Positions 37,832-46,536 are shown, numbered from the stretch's first letter. The stretch: DNA of 64,000 bases from Candidatus Hadarchaeales archaeon (GCA_038851075.1 JAWCLG010000005.1:2308-66307), one strand, 5' to 3'. Numbers and translations are program-made. The notes: generated by a model not told the origin, from the sequence alone.

Positions 37832-39358
37832 TCAGTCCTCCTCCCCGCGAATCCATCTCAGATCCCCGCTGAACAGCTTCCGGATATCATCGACCCCGAG
37901 CCTTATCGCTATAAGTCTGGTGAGGCCTATCCCCCATGCCAGAACAGGATGTCTTACGCCTAGCGGACGGGTTACCTCCGGCCTGAACAGTCCTGCCCCC
38001 AGAATTTCAATCCACTCCTTTCTGACAGGATGGTATACGTCCGCTTCAACGGAGGGTTCGGTGAAGGGGAACATTCCGGGCCTGAACCTTACCCTCTGGA
38101 AGCCGAGCGTGTTGAGGATGAGTTTCAGATATCCGAGCATGTCTCTGAAAGACAGCCCCTCCTCCATGACTATCCCCTCGGCCTGGTAGAACTCCGCCAA
38201 ATGCTTGTAGTCTATCTTTTCCCTCCTGTAAACGCGGTGTATGCAGAAGACCTTGGCCGGAGGGTCAGGGTTGTATGCGAGGTACCTTATGGTGGCTGCG
38301 GTGGTCTGCGAGCATAGCACGGGTCTGGCGCTTATTCGAGGGTCGAACCTGTAACCCCAGCCGGTTGATCCATCTACCCCGCGTTCATGCGCGCTGGCCA
38401 CTTTCAGAAGGAGAGAGCGCGGGATTTTTGTGATCTCTGGAGCTGAAAGTGAGAGGCTGTCGTGTATCTCCCTTGCAGGGTGGTCCTGTGCCTGGAAGAG
38501 AACGTCAAAGTTCCAGAACTCTGACTCGACCGTTCTCCCCTGTATCTCCTTGAACCCGAGCCTGACCAGAAGATCTCGGAGTTCGTCAATGACCTTCTGC
38601 TGCGGGTGTTTTTTTGCAGGATACACTGGAACTCCTGGGAGCGTCACGTCGTATCTTTTCAGTCTCGCTTCACGCCATTTTCCAGTTATCAGCATTTCAT
38701 GCGTCAGCTCCGTGACCTCTTCGACCTCTTCCAGTCCCTTCTCGGCGAGCCTTCTTCCGTCCTCCGTGAGCTCAATCTCCCTCACGGTTTTTTCATCAAG
38801 CCTCGCTATTCCTCTCCTCTCGAGTTCCTTCAGCGCCTGCAATCTTTCGGCATCGGCCTCATCGCACCGGATCGGTCCGTTTAACATCTCCTGAATGATG
38901 TTCTCTTCGATCCAGACCCTGCCGATGTTGGAGCGTCCGGCGGGTGTGATCCTGATGAAAACCTTATCGTTTTTTTTCTCGAATTCGGCCAGCCCTTTTT
39001 TTCTGAGCCATATCGCAGCAACGCTTTTTTCCTTTTCATTTAGTCCGGCGTTCGATGCCGCACAGTTGATTTCAGATCCCCCAGACTCGATCGCGGAGAG
39101 CATCCGTCTCTCAGGAAGGCCCGTCTGCGCGTACCTGAGCCCCTCATGCGTCAGCGTTGCCCGGTATTCCTTTCTCTCGAAAATCCTTATCAGACCGTTT
39201 TCGGAAAGCAGCAGCGATGCCCGCATTGTTGCCGACTGGTCGATCCCTGCCGAGTCCGCCACCTGATAGACGCTTCTTCTCCCTCCGAGGCGCATCAGCG
39301 CTTTAAGGACCCTTATTTCGTTCGCACCGATCTTTTCTTCAATTTTCTCCAACAGCAC
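37832..39358 (-). CDS. pheS: Phenylalanyl-tRNA synthetase alpha subunit
   Basis: FWNFDVLFQAQDHPARE, FCIHRVYRRE, HLAEFYQAEG, FPFTEPS and GAGLFRPE motifs. Start is probably GTG 39358 or TTG 39352 rather than 39514. Confidence 0.96.
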   Translation of the reverse strand: MLLEKIEEKIGANEIRVLKALMRLGGRRSVYQVADSAGIDQSATMRASLLLSENGLIRIFERKEYRATLTHEGLRYAQTGLPERRMLSAIESGGSEINCAASNAGLNEKEKSVAAIWLRKKGLAEFEKKNDKVFIRITPAGRSNIGRVWIEENIIQEMLNGPIRCDEADAERLQALKELERRGIARLDEKTVREIELTEDGRRLAEKGLEEVEEVTELTHEMLITGKWREARLKRYDVTLPGVPVYPAKKHPQQKVIDELRDLLVRLGFKEIQGRTVESEFWNFDVLFQAQDHPAREIHDSLSLSAPEITKIPRSLLLKVASAHERGVDGSTGWGYRFDPRISARPVLCSQTTAATIRYLAYNPDPPAKVFCIHRVYRREKIDYKHLAEFYQAEGIVMEEGLSFRDMLGYLKLILNTLGFQRVRFRPGMFPFTEPSVEADVYHPVRKEWIEILGAGLFRPEVTRPLGVRHPVLAWGIGLTRLIAIRLGVDDIRKLFSGDLRWIRGEED

Positions 39359-39399
39359 CCCAAAAAAAGAATGATGCGCAGGGGTAAAAATGACTTGGT

Positions 39400-40380
39400 T
39401 TACCTGAAGTGCTCGTAGCCGCGGTCTGGAAGCTTTTCTGCTTTTCCGTTTCTCACAGCGAATACTCCTCTGCCCCTCTCCACCTTTCCAATCGCAGTCA
39501 GCGGAGTTTGGCATCCGGCGAGCACAGCGCGCGCCTTTCGCAGTTTATCCTGTCTTACAGTCACCAGAAGTTCCAAGTCCTCCCCTCCGAACAAGGCGAA
39601 CTCCAGCGGGTCTTTCCCCGTTTCCCTTCCGTATCTCTCAAGAGCAGGATGGATGGGGACCCTCTCCACATCCAGGGTGATTTTTACCCCGCTTTCCCTC
39701 GAGATCTGCCAGAGATTCGATGCCAGACTGTCCGAGATATCGATGGCCGCGGTTACGGTGCCGCTCTCAGCGAGCGCTGTTCCCTCCCTCACCCTCGGCA
39801 CTGGATCAAACAGAGATCTCACGAGCAGCACATGTTTTTTCATGTTTCCTTCTTTTTTAATGACATCGAGCCCGGCGGATGCGTTGCCGACATATCCAGT
39901 TACCGCCAAGACATCCCCCGGTCTCGCTCCTGACCTCCTCATCAGATTTTTCCTGTCGCATATCCCGAAAGCTGATCCTGAGATAACCACCTCGTCTGAT
40001 TCGTCGATGTCTCCTCCGACCACGAACGTGCCGTACCTAGCCGCTGACTCATTCATGCCGATGATCATCTCCCTCGCGAATCTCACGTCGAGGTCCCTCC
40101 TGAGGCCGACCGAGAATATCAACCCGAGCGGTCTGGCCCCCATGGCCGCAAGGTCGCTGAGGTTTACCGCAACGGATTTTCTTCCCATGAGCCGGGGGGA
40201 GGTTCCTTCTGGAAAGTGGGTGCTCTGTACCAGCATGTCCGTGGTCGCGACGATACATTTGCCGTTTATTTCAATCGCGGCAGCGTCGTCGCCTATCCCG
40301 ACCACAATGCGCCCGCCTTTTCTGAAAATCCTGCGGGCCATCTCAACCAGGTTTCTTTCACCAAACTCGCTGAGCCTCAA
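39400..40380 (-). CDS. thiL: Thiamine-monophosphate kinase
   Basis: EFGERNL, GIGDDAA, TTDMLV...HF, VNLSDLAAMGA, GGD, DISDSLA and GGEDLEL motifs. Confidence 0.96.
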   Translation of the reverse strand: MRLSEFGERNLVEMARRIFRKGGRIVVGIGDDAAAIEINGKCIVATTDMLVQSTHFPEGTSPRLMGRKSVAVNLSDLAAMGARPLGLIFSVGLRRDLDVRFAREMIIGMNESAARYGTFVVGGDIDESDEVVISGSAFGICDRKNLMRRSGARPGDVLAVTGYVGNASAGLDVIKKEGNMKKHVLLVRSLFDPVPRVREGTALAESGTVTAAIDISDSLASNLWQISRESGVKITLDVERVPIHPALERYGRETGKDPLEFALFGGEDLELLVTVRQDKLRKARAVLAGCQTPLTAIGKVERGRGVFAVRNGKAEKLPDRGYEHFR

Positions 40381-40388
40381 TGCATCAC

Positions 40389-40781
40389 CTAGAGGAGAGG
40401 GAGGTCTCCGGTGAATTCATCCAGGATTTCGCTGGGAGCTGGCCCTATTGCAAGCGCCGTGGCCGTGCCAGGCGGAATCTCGGTCAGTCCGGCATCGCGC
40501 ACTAGTTCATTGGGGAGTCCTGCCCTTTCCACCCTGATCTTCAGATCGATGAGGTCCTTTTCGCCGCTGACCTTCACGACAACCTTTTTCTGTCCCTCTT
40601 TCAGCCAGCCGTCAAACCATTTTCTGCTGGTCTTTCTAGCGCTTTCTGCCGCGCCGACCGCACCGTGAGCGACCTGGGCGGCCAGCTTCCCTGCACTCAT
40701 CTCGAGATCGCATCTTACCGCGATAACCTGCTTGTACTTGAATTTGTTCCCCTTAACCGGTTTTTTTCTGAGAACGGACAA
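40389..40781 (-). CDS. pth2: Peptidyl-tRNA hydrolase Pth2
   Basis: KQVIAVRCDL.MS.GKLAAQVAH, W...GQKKVVVK and DAGLTEIPPGT...LAIGP motifs. Confidence 0.97.
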   Translation of the reverse strand: MSVLRKKPVKGNKFKYKQVIAVRCDLEMSAGKLAAQVAHGAVGAAESARKTSRKWFDGWLKEGQKKVVVKVSGEKDLIDLKIRVERAGLPNELVRDAGLTEIPPGTATALAIGPAPSEILDEFTGDLPLL

Positions 40782-40787
40782 GACCCC

Positions 40788-41195
40788 TCACCCAGCGGCC
40801 GGCTGGGTTTCTCCACCCGCGCTTTCCTGAGACTCCGGTTTTGTGGCCTGTGCCTCAGTTTTTCGCCTCCCGGAGATCCCAATGATAGAGGCCAGCCCTC
40901 TTAGGTACATTGGGATCAGCCCCAGACCACCCCTGAAGTATGCGATGATGGCAAGCAGGGCGCACACCCCCACAACTGACGTGAAAAACGGGAGCGCTTC
41001 CAGCATTCTGATGTTAGGTTTTGCGAGGAAGTATGCAACATAAATAATGAGCATTATTCCGAGACCCGCGCTGATTCCAATTCTCTTCCATATATCGATC
41101 CCGTCAGGTTTTGGGTAAAGCACAGCCGAGAAAAGAAATCCCGGTACCAGCAGCAGCAAGGCCCCAGCGATCAGATAGATTATCGCATCCAGCAT
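40788..41195 (-). CDS. Small membrane protein (DUF1616 N-terminal-like)
   Basis: LLVPGFLFSAVLYPK...RIGIS.GL pattern with 3 TM helices. Confidence 0.7.
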   Translation of the reverse strand: MLDAIIYLIAGALLLLVPGFLFSAVLYPKPDGIDIWKRIGISAGLGIMLIIYVAYFLAKPNIRMLEALPFFTSVVGVCALLAIIAYFRGGLGLIPMYLRGLASIIGISGRRKTEAQATKPESQESAGGETQPAAG

Positions 41196-41244
41196 ACCAC
41201 CACTTCGTTAGCATTATCATATAGCCGGCATAAAAAAGTGTGAG

Positions 41245-42435
41245 GTGATGGCCGTGAGGGCGGACGTGGTCGTGGTGGGAGGAGGACCCGTGGGGTGCTA
41301 TTCCGGGCTTCTTCTGGCAAGAAGCGGCTTCAGCGTTGTGGTGATGGAGGAGCATCTGGAGGTAGGAAATCCGGCATGCTGTGCAGGAGTGGTCGGTGTG
41401 AGAGGCCTTAAGAAGATGGGAGTCAGTTACTCGCCCCATGTTCTTTCGAAGCTCAGGCGCGCGATCGTTCACTCTCCATCTGGCCACTCGGTCGAAATCG
41501 GAAGAGGAAGGGTTGAGGCAGTGGTGATCAACCGCGCGGGTTTCGACAGGACTATCTCTGAGGATGCTGAGGCGGCAGGGGCCAGGCTGATCACCGGAGC
41601 GAGATGTGTCGGTCTGAAGATCGGAAAAACTGTGAGGGCAGAGTTTCGCGGAAAATGTTCCGGGAGTGTGGAGGCAGATCTCGTCCTCGGTGCAGATGGC
41701 GCGGCGTCCAGGGTGGCCAGGATGGCCGAAATCTCGAAAAAGAGGAGCTACATTCTCTGCGCCCAGACAGAGTTGAAGGGGCAATGTGAGGAAGATGCGG
41801 CCGAGATATTTCTCGGGAGAAAATATGCTCGCGGTTTCTTTGGATGGATGGTGAATGCGGGCGGACGTTGCAGGATAGGTACGGGGACTCTGGAGGGCAG
41901 TCCGCTGACGAGTCTTCAGAATCTTGTCAGAATGAACCCTGCACTTAGAGGAAGGGTGCGCGGTAAGATAGTGCCATGCGCAAGGCCGATTCCTAACTTT
42001 TTCATTCGCAAACCTTTTGGAAGGAAGGTGATGCTAGTGGGCGATGCGGCCGGTCAGGTAAAGCCTCTCACGGGAGGCGGTATATGGATGGGGTTGAGAT
42101 GCGCCCACATTGCGGCGGGGGTTGCGGCAGAATACCTGAGAGATGGACGCACGGATCTTTCCGAGTATGGGAAAGCGGTCGATAAAATTTTTGGCCGAGA
42201 GATATATCTCGGTCAGATTGCCAGGCGAATCTTCAGGGGAATGTCAGATGATGATCTTGATAAGGCAGTCAGGTTGCTGGATGGAGGAATGAAGAAAATT
42301 GTGTGTGAAAATTTCGATTTTGACCATCACGGAAGGCTGATTTCGGCCCTGATGAAAAAAATTCCAGATGTTGTGGCTGAAGTTGGATTAAGAGGAGCTC
42401 TGATTGGAGCAAGCGCGTTCTTTAAAGGCAAATAA
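41245..42435 (+). CDS. Geranylgeranyl reductase family FAD-dependent oxidoreductase (second paralogue)
   Basis: DVVVVGGGPVG, GADGAAS and GDAAGQVKPLTGGGI motifs; ACCAGVV in place of QCGEA. Confidence 0.85.
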   Translation: MMAVRADVVVVGGGPVGCYSGLLLARSGFSVVVMEEHLEVGNPACCAGVVGVRGLKKMGVSYSPHVLSKLRRAIVHSPSGHSVEIGRGRVEAVVINRAGFDRTISEDAEAAGARLITGARCVGLKIGKTVRAEFRGKCSGSVEADLVLGADGAASRVARMAEISKKRSYILCAQTELKGQCEEDAAEIFLGRKYARGFFGWMVNAGGRCRIGTGTLEGSPLTSLQNLVRMNPALRGRVRGKIVPCARPIPNFFIRKPFGRKVMLVGDAAGQVKPLTGGGIWMGLRCAHIAAGVAAEYLRDGRTDLSEYGKAVDKIFGREIYLGQIARRIFRGMSDDDLDKAVRLLDGGMKKIVCENFDFDHHGRLISALMKKIPDVVAEVGLRGALIGASAFFKGK

Positions 42436-42439
42436 AAAA
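42434..42439 (-). terminator. Oligo-T (T6) terminator directly after the candidate ncRNA
   Basis: The plus-strand AAAAAA at 42434-42439 abuts the 3' strand of the terminal helix; oligo-dT is the usual archaeal terminator. Confidence 0.55.
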
Positions 42440-42670
42440 GGCGGGAACTTCGATCCCTTCCCTACTCGCCCGGCGAGCAGACGAATCTCGACCACCTCGC
42501 CCGCCCGCAGTTTTTTCAGGTCAGGATCTTTATCCCGCAGTCGATGTCTCCCTCCGTTCTTCCACGGAGGTTATCCGCGCTCTTCCCCGGTTTTTCGCCC
42601 GGGTTTTCACGCGGGTCCCCGTTGCCCGTAGGCTCCGGTTCGACCTCCTCTGCGGGCTTCCGTTCCCGCC
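42440..42670 (-). ncRNA. Candidate unclassified structured RNA (~231 nt)
   Basis: 9-bp terminal helix GGCGGGAAC/GTTCCCGCC, several perfect internal GC helices, a C(UACG)G tetraloop and purine-rich loops on the minus strand. BRE/TATA lies upstream and T6 downstream. The RNase P CR-I/CR-V and SRP helix-8 motifs are absent. Confidence 0.65.
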
Positions 42671-42697
42671 GGTAATCCATTTGGTCAGGATCCTTAT
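42519..42697. repeat. 15-bp direct repeat (14/15 identical): 42519-42533 and 42683-42697
   Basis: ggtcaggatctttat versus ggtcaggatccttat; one copy is inside the candidate RNA, the other between its TATA box and predicted start. Confidence 0.8.
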
Positions 42698-42710
42698 TTA
42701 TAGATTTTTT
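42697..42710 (-). promoter_or_regulatory. BRE + TATA box for the candidate ncRNA
   Basis: Minus strand AAAAAA-TCTATAAA. Standard spacing predicts a start near A42673 (TA initiator), 3 nt before the terminal helix. Confidence 0.55.
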
Positions 42711-42796
42711 AAAGGATTGAGATATCTCAAAAGTTGAGTTTCTCAGGGTCTGCGATATTGTTGGTCCCGGGTTTGTGATTTATTGGCACCGGTCTT

Positions 42797-42850
42797 TAGT
42801 TAATAATATAACAAAAGATTTATATACTCCTTTTGTTACTAATATAACAA
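42797..42850 (+). promoter_or_regulatory. TATA box (42819-42826) bracketed by two palindromic operator-like boxes
   Basis: TAGTTA-ATAATA-TAACAA (42797-42814) and TTGTTA-CTAATA-TAACAA (42833-42850) are 16/18 identical and 36 bp apart, with TTTATATA between them. Confidence 0.75.
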
Positions 42851-42859
42851 GTGATTACC

Positions 42860-43135
42860 ATGGCCAAGGTTCTGATAATATGGGATGTAAAGGCGAGGGG
42901 CACACCGGCAACGCTGTTCTACAGGGCACTCTGCGGCTATGATTACAAAACAAAGGGCGGAAGGAGACACTCGCCAGGAGTTCTTGATCAGCTTCCAGAT
43001 GAGGTTTGGAATTTCATCAACAGGAGCACGCTCCTTATCGAGGAGGAATATGCGAGGATGGTTGAAAGGATATTTAGGGAATTTGAGGAGTACCTTAACT
43101 GGTTCAGGTTCAGGGTGGAGGAGGTGAAAGAGTGA
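42860..43135 (+). CDS. Small orphan protein with Cas2/VapD-like pattern
   Basis: [10 protein letters not shown] (beta1 ending in Asp), helix [17 protein letters not shown] (like Cas2 R.Q.SV.) and a helix-strand C-terminus. Its TGA overlaps the cdc48 GTG. The fold assignment is by eye; the CDS itself is well supported. Confidence 0.6.
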   Translation: MAKVLIIWDVKARGTPATLFYRALCGYDYKTKGGRRHSPGVLDQLPDEVWNFINRSTLLIEEEYARMVERIFREFEEYLNWFRFRVEEVKE

Positions 43136-45405
43136 CTCAGAAGGGAAAAGAACTAAAGCTGGTTGTCGCGGAGAACAGGCATCAGACATACGTAAACAGA
43201 GGATTCGCGCTGATCGATGACTCTCTGATGAAACAGATCGGGATAAAGCAGGGAGATTACATTCAGATCACAGGGACAAAGACCACCGGTGCCATTGCAG
43301 TCAGGGGGATGCCCGAGGACAAAGGGCTGGACATAATAAGGATTGATGGTCTGATAAGGCACAATGCCGGTACCTCGATAGGCGAGAAGGTCGAAGTCAA
43401 GAGGGCAGATGTTAAAGAGGCAAAATCCATAACCATAGCTCCGACCGAGCAGGGCATTAGATTCGTGGCGCCGGGAGAGGTAATAAAGAGGAACCTTCTC
43501 GGAAGGCCGCTCACCAAGGGGGACCTGATAACCCCAACTCCTCCTGAGGAGCCGATGCAGATGTCTGGGGATTTCTTCGAGGAGATATTCGGCGGGATAT
43601 TTGGTATGAGGGCGCTTCCCTTTGGGCTTGGAGAGATCAAGTTCGTGGTAACGGCAACGAGTCCTTCAGGGATAGTCCTAGTGACGGATATGACAGAGGT
43701 TCAGGTGATGCCCGAGGCCGTTGAGATAAAGGAGACAAAGGTCCCGGCTGTAACCTATGAAGACATCGGGGGTTTGAAAGATGAGCTGCAGCGGGTGCGG
43801 GAGATGATAGAGCTGCCTCTGAAGCATCCTGAGATATTCGACAGGCTCGGCATAGACCCTCCGAAGGGAGTTCTTCTTCATGGCCCGCCAGGCACCGGTA
43901 AAACTCTCATAGCGAAGGCGGTTGCGAATGAGTCGGGTGCAAACTTTTTCGCGATAAACGGCCCGGAGATAATGAGCAAATTCTACGGTGAGAGCGAGGC
44001 CCGGTTGAGGGAGATATTTGAACAGGCTGAGAAGAGCGCGCCGTCGATTCTATTCATAGACGAGATAGATGCGATTGCGCCCAAGCGTGAGGAGGTAACT
44101 GGGGAGGTGGAGCGCAGAGTGGTGGCAACCCTGAACACGCTTATGGATGGACTTAAGTCTCGTGGAAAGGTGATTGTCATAGGTGCCACCAACCGTCCGA
44201 ACGCCCTTGACCCAGCCCTCCGCAGGCCCGGGCGCTTTGATCGCGAGATAGAGATAGGCGTGCCTGACCGGGACGGGAGAAAGGAGATCCTGCAAATACA
44301 CACTAGGGGAATGCCGCTTTCCAAGGATGTCAATCTGGATCACTACGCCGATGTTACACACGGTTTTGTGGGCGCCGATCTAGAAGCTCTCTGCAAGGAG
44401 GCTGCCATGAGCGCGCTCAGACGTATACTTCCGGAGATAAATCTCGAGGAGAAGGTGATTCCGCCTGAGGTTCTGGAGAAGCTTCAGGTCACAAAGGATG
44501 ACTTTGAAAACGCGCTGAAGATAGTTGAGCCATCGGCGATGCGCGAGGTGTTGGTTGAGGTTCCTAACGTTAAATGGGAGGATATAGGAGGGCTTGAAAA
44601 AGCAAAGCAGGAACTTAAGGAAGCGGTTGAGTGGCCACTGAAATACCCTGATTCATTCAGGAAAGTTGGAATAGAGCCACCGAGAGGAATACTGCTATAC
44701 GGGCCTCCAGGAACCGGAAAGACCATGCTGGCCAAGGCTGTGGCGACCGAAAGCGAGGCTAACTTCATATCTATAAAGGGTCCCGAGCTTTTGTCGAAGT
44801 GGGTTGGGGAATCAGAGCGCGGAGTACGCGAGACGTTCCGAAAGGCGAAGATGGCTGCTCCTTGCATAATTTTCTTCGACGAGATAGATTCGCTCGTGCC
44901 GAGGCGCGGTTCAGGTTTCGGCGATTCTCACGTCACGGAGCGAGTGATAAGCCAGCTGCTTACGGAGATGGATGGACTGGAGAAGCTGGAGAACGTCGTG
45001 GTGATAGGTGCCACGAACAGACCTGACCTTGTTGATCCTGCCCTGCTGAGACCCGGAAGATTTGACAGGCTCGTTTATGTCGGGCCTCCGGATGAGAAGG
45101 CAAGGCTTGATATACTGAAGATACACACCAAGGGAATGCCACTCGCGAAGGATGTGGATCTGAAGCAGCTTGCAAAGGAAACGGAGGGATATTCCGGTTC
45201 AGATCTTGCCGCCCTCTGCAGAGAAGCCGCTATGCGCGTGCTGCGCAAGGATATAAAAGGAGGGGAAATCAAAATGGCCAACTTCAGGGAGGCAATGGGA
45301 GAGATTCGTCCGTCACTGACGCAGGACTTAGTTAAGGTCTATGAGACTTTCGCAGAGAGGAAGGAAAAACAGGTTCTAAAAAATTCTACCAGCATGCACT
45401 ACTAA
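43132..45405 (+). CDS. cdc48: CDC48/VAT family AAA+ ATPase
   Basis: N-domain ([13 protein letters not shown]) and two AAA modules (GPPGTGKT twice, [23 protein letters not shown] twice). Confidence 0.97.
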   Translation: MTQKGKELKLVVAENRHQTYVNRGFALIDDSLMKQIGIKQGDYIQITGTKTTGAIAVRGMPEDKGLDIIRIDGLIRHNAGTSIGEKVEVKRADVKEAKSITIAPTEQGIRFVAPGEVIKRNLLGRPLTKGDLITPTPPEEPMQMSGDFFEEIFGGIFGMRALPFGLGEIKFVVTATSPSGIVLVTDMTEVQVMPEAVEIKETKVPAVTYEDIGGLKDELQRVREMIELPLKHPEIFDRLGIDPPKGVLLHGPPGTGKTLIAKAVANESGANFFAINGPEIMSKFYGESEARLREIFEQAEKSAPSILFIDEIDAIAPKREEVTGEVERRVVATLNTLMDGLKSRGKVIVIGATNRPNALDPALRRPGRFDREIEIGVPDRDGRKEILQIHTRGMPLSKDVNLDHYADVTHGFVGADLEALCKEAAMSALRRILPEINLEEKVIPPEVLEKLQVTKDDFENALKIVEPSAMREVLVEVPNVKWEDIGGLEKAKQELKEAVEWPLKYPDSFRKVGIEPPRGILLYGPPGTGKTMLAKAVATESEANFISIKGPELLSKWVGESERGVRETFRKAKMAAPCIIFFDEIDSLVPRRGSGFGDSHVTERVISQLLTEMDGLEKLENVVVIGATNRPDLVDPALLRPGRFDRLVYVGPPDEKARLDILKIHTKGMPLAKDVDLKQLAKETEGYSGSDLAALCREAAMRVLRKDIKGGEIKMANFREAMGEIRPSLTQDLVKVYETFAERKEKQVLKNSTSMHY

Positions 45406-45446
45406 AGTTTTTAAAGTAGGAATAACAACGTAAGGCGGGGAATAAC

Positions 45447-45803
45447 TTGACACAGCTGCTCGCCGGAAGGTTAAGGTCTTTGATTGTTATATCTGACAGA
45501 GGACTTCAGCTTGGCAGGTTGAACGACATACTTTTCGAGGAGGAAAGTGGAAAGATACTGTTTCTCCTGGTGAGGCCGCTGACTAAGGAAACCCTGAAGG
45601 GTGTGCCGCAGGATAACTCCGGCAACGCGATGATACCGTTCAGCGCAGTGATGTCGATACGCGACTTTATAGTCGTTAACGAGCGTGTTCTCGCCATACA
45701 GCAGCTAAAGGGCAGGCAGCAAGAGGTCCCCTCCGATCTTGGAATCCCCGGCTTCGAGCCGAAGACCGGCGAGAGCGGAGTTCCGGGTCCCGGAACTCAG
45801 TAG
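45447..45803 (+). CDS. PRC-barrel domain protein
   Basis: ISDRG..LGRLNDILFEEESGKI..L.V...IPFSAV.SIRDFIVV. Confidence 0.88.
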   Translation: MTQLLAGRLRSLIVISDRGLQLGRLNDILFEEESGKILFLLVRPLTKETLKGVPQDNSGNAMIPFSAVMSIRDFIVVNERVLAIQQLKGRQQEVPSDLGIPGFEPKTGESGVPGPGTQ

Positions 45804-45804
45804 T

Positions 45805-46494
45805 TTACCAGCCGTAAAAGAGCCTGCTCCCCAGTTCCTCCGGAAGGCCGGCTTTCATTATTTTTTTAGCCGTTGTTTTGAAATCGTATTCCACCCTTCT
45901 ATGCTCGACTTCGACGTTTTTTCCGAGCTTGATTATCGCGTAGCTTGCCCTCGGGTCTCTGTCCCTCGGCTGCCCCACGCCTCCCGGGTTGACTACCAGC
46001 TTTCCCAGTATCATCCTTTTCATGGGAACATGCGTGTGTCCGACGATTACGATGTCGGATGCAGCGTCCTCCGTCGCATTCGCGAGTTCATCGTTTGAGA
46101 TGTCAGGGAACAAGTACTCATTGAGGGGGTCTCTCGGACTTCCGTGGATCATCAGGATTTTCCACTTATCCAGCTTGAGCTCGATCTCCAGCGGCAAAGA
46201 TGACAGGAAGTCCGCGGATTCTGTGGTGAGATGTCCGTGTGTCCACTCTATAGCCCGACCTGCGAGAGAGTTAAATCCGATCGAATTGTTAGTCAGAGAG
46301 GCATAATCGTGGTTCCCCATGACGGCCCTGATTTTTTTGGACCTCACCAGCTTCACGATCTCGTTCGGGTTTGCGGCATAACCGACCAGGTCTCCGGCGC
46401 ACAAGACCATGTCGACTTTGGGCATATCCTTAAGAACAGCCACGAAGGCCTCGAGGTTTGAGTGGATGTCGGAGATGACGGCTATCCTTACCAT
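45805..46494 (-). CDS. Metallophosphoesterase (YfcE/MJ0936-like)
   Basis: ISDIHSN, GDLVGY, GNHD, HGSP, GHTH, NPGGVGQPRD and RVEYD motifs. Confidence 0.92.
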   Translation of the reverse strand: MVRIAVISDIHSNLEAFVAVLKDMPKVDMVLCAGDLVGYAANPNEIVKLVRSKKIRAVMGNHDYASLTNNSIGFNSLAGRAIEWTHGHLTTESADFLSSLPLEIELKLDKWKILMIHGSPRDPLNEYLFPDISNDELANATEDAASDIVIVGHTHVPMKRMILGKLVVNPGGVGQPRDRDPRASYAIIKLGKNVEVEHRRVEYDFKTTAKKIMKAGLPEELGSRLFYGW

Positions 46495-46536
46495 CTGCCC
46501 CCTCTGATGAATTCAAGCTTTCGGCGATAAAAGTAG

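Noticed and set aside
39359-39514. N-terminal extension of PheS, and similar extensions of aIF2a (8147), GGR (11365), HMGR (52347) and RNase HII (62871)
   Set aside because: They overlap neighbouring genes or promoters, and internal starts give family-typical N-termini.
42440-42670. RNase P RNA, SRP RNA, riboswitch or MITE identity for the structured element
   Set aside because: There is no CR-I/CR-V pair in the right order, no SRP helix-8 motif, no downstream gene on that strand and no target-site duplication around the 9-bp inverted repeat.
42516-42680. 54-codon minus-strand ORF (MDYRRERKPAEEVEPEPTGNGD...) over the candidate RNA
   Set aside because: Its ATG lies upstream of the start predicted from the best BRE/TATA, the peptide is low-complexity, and it does not explain the terminal helix, T6 or stems. 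It is not fully excluded: a weaker TTTAAAAA box at 42706-42713 could give a leaderless mRNA.
42860-43135. CRISPR-Cas locus
   Set aside because: No repeat-spacer array, cas1 or effector genes occur anywhere in the window; only an orphan Cas2-like pattern is present.
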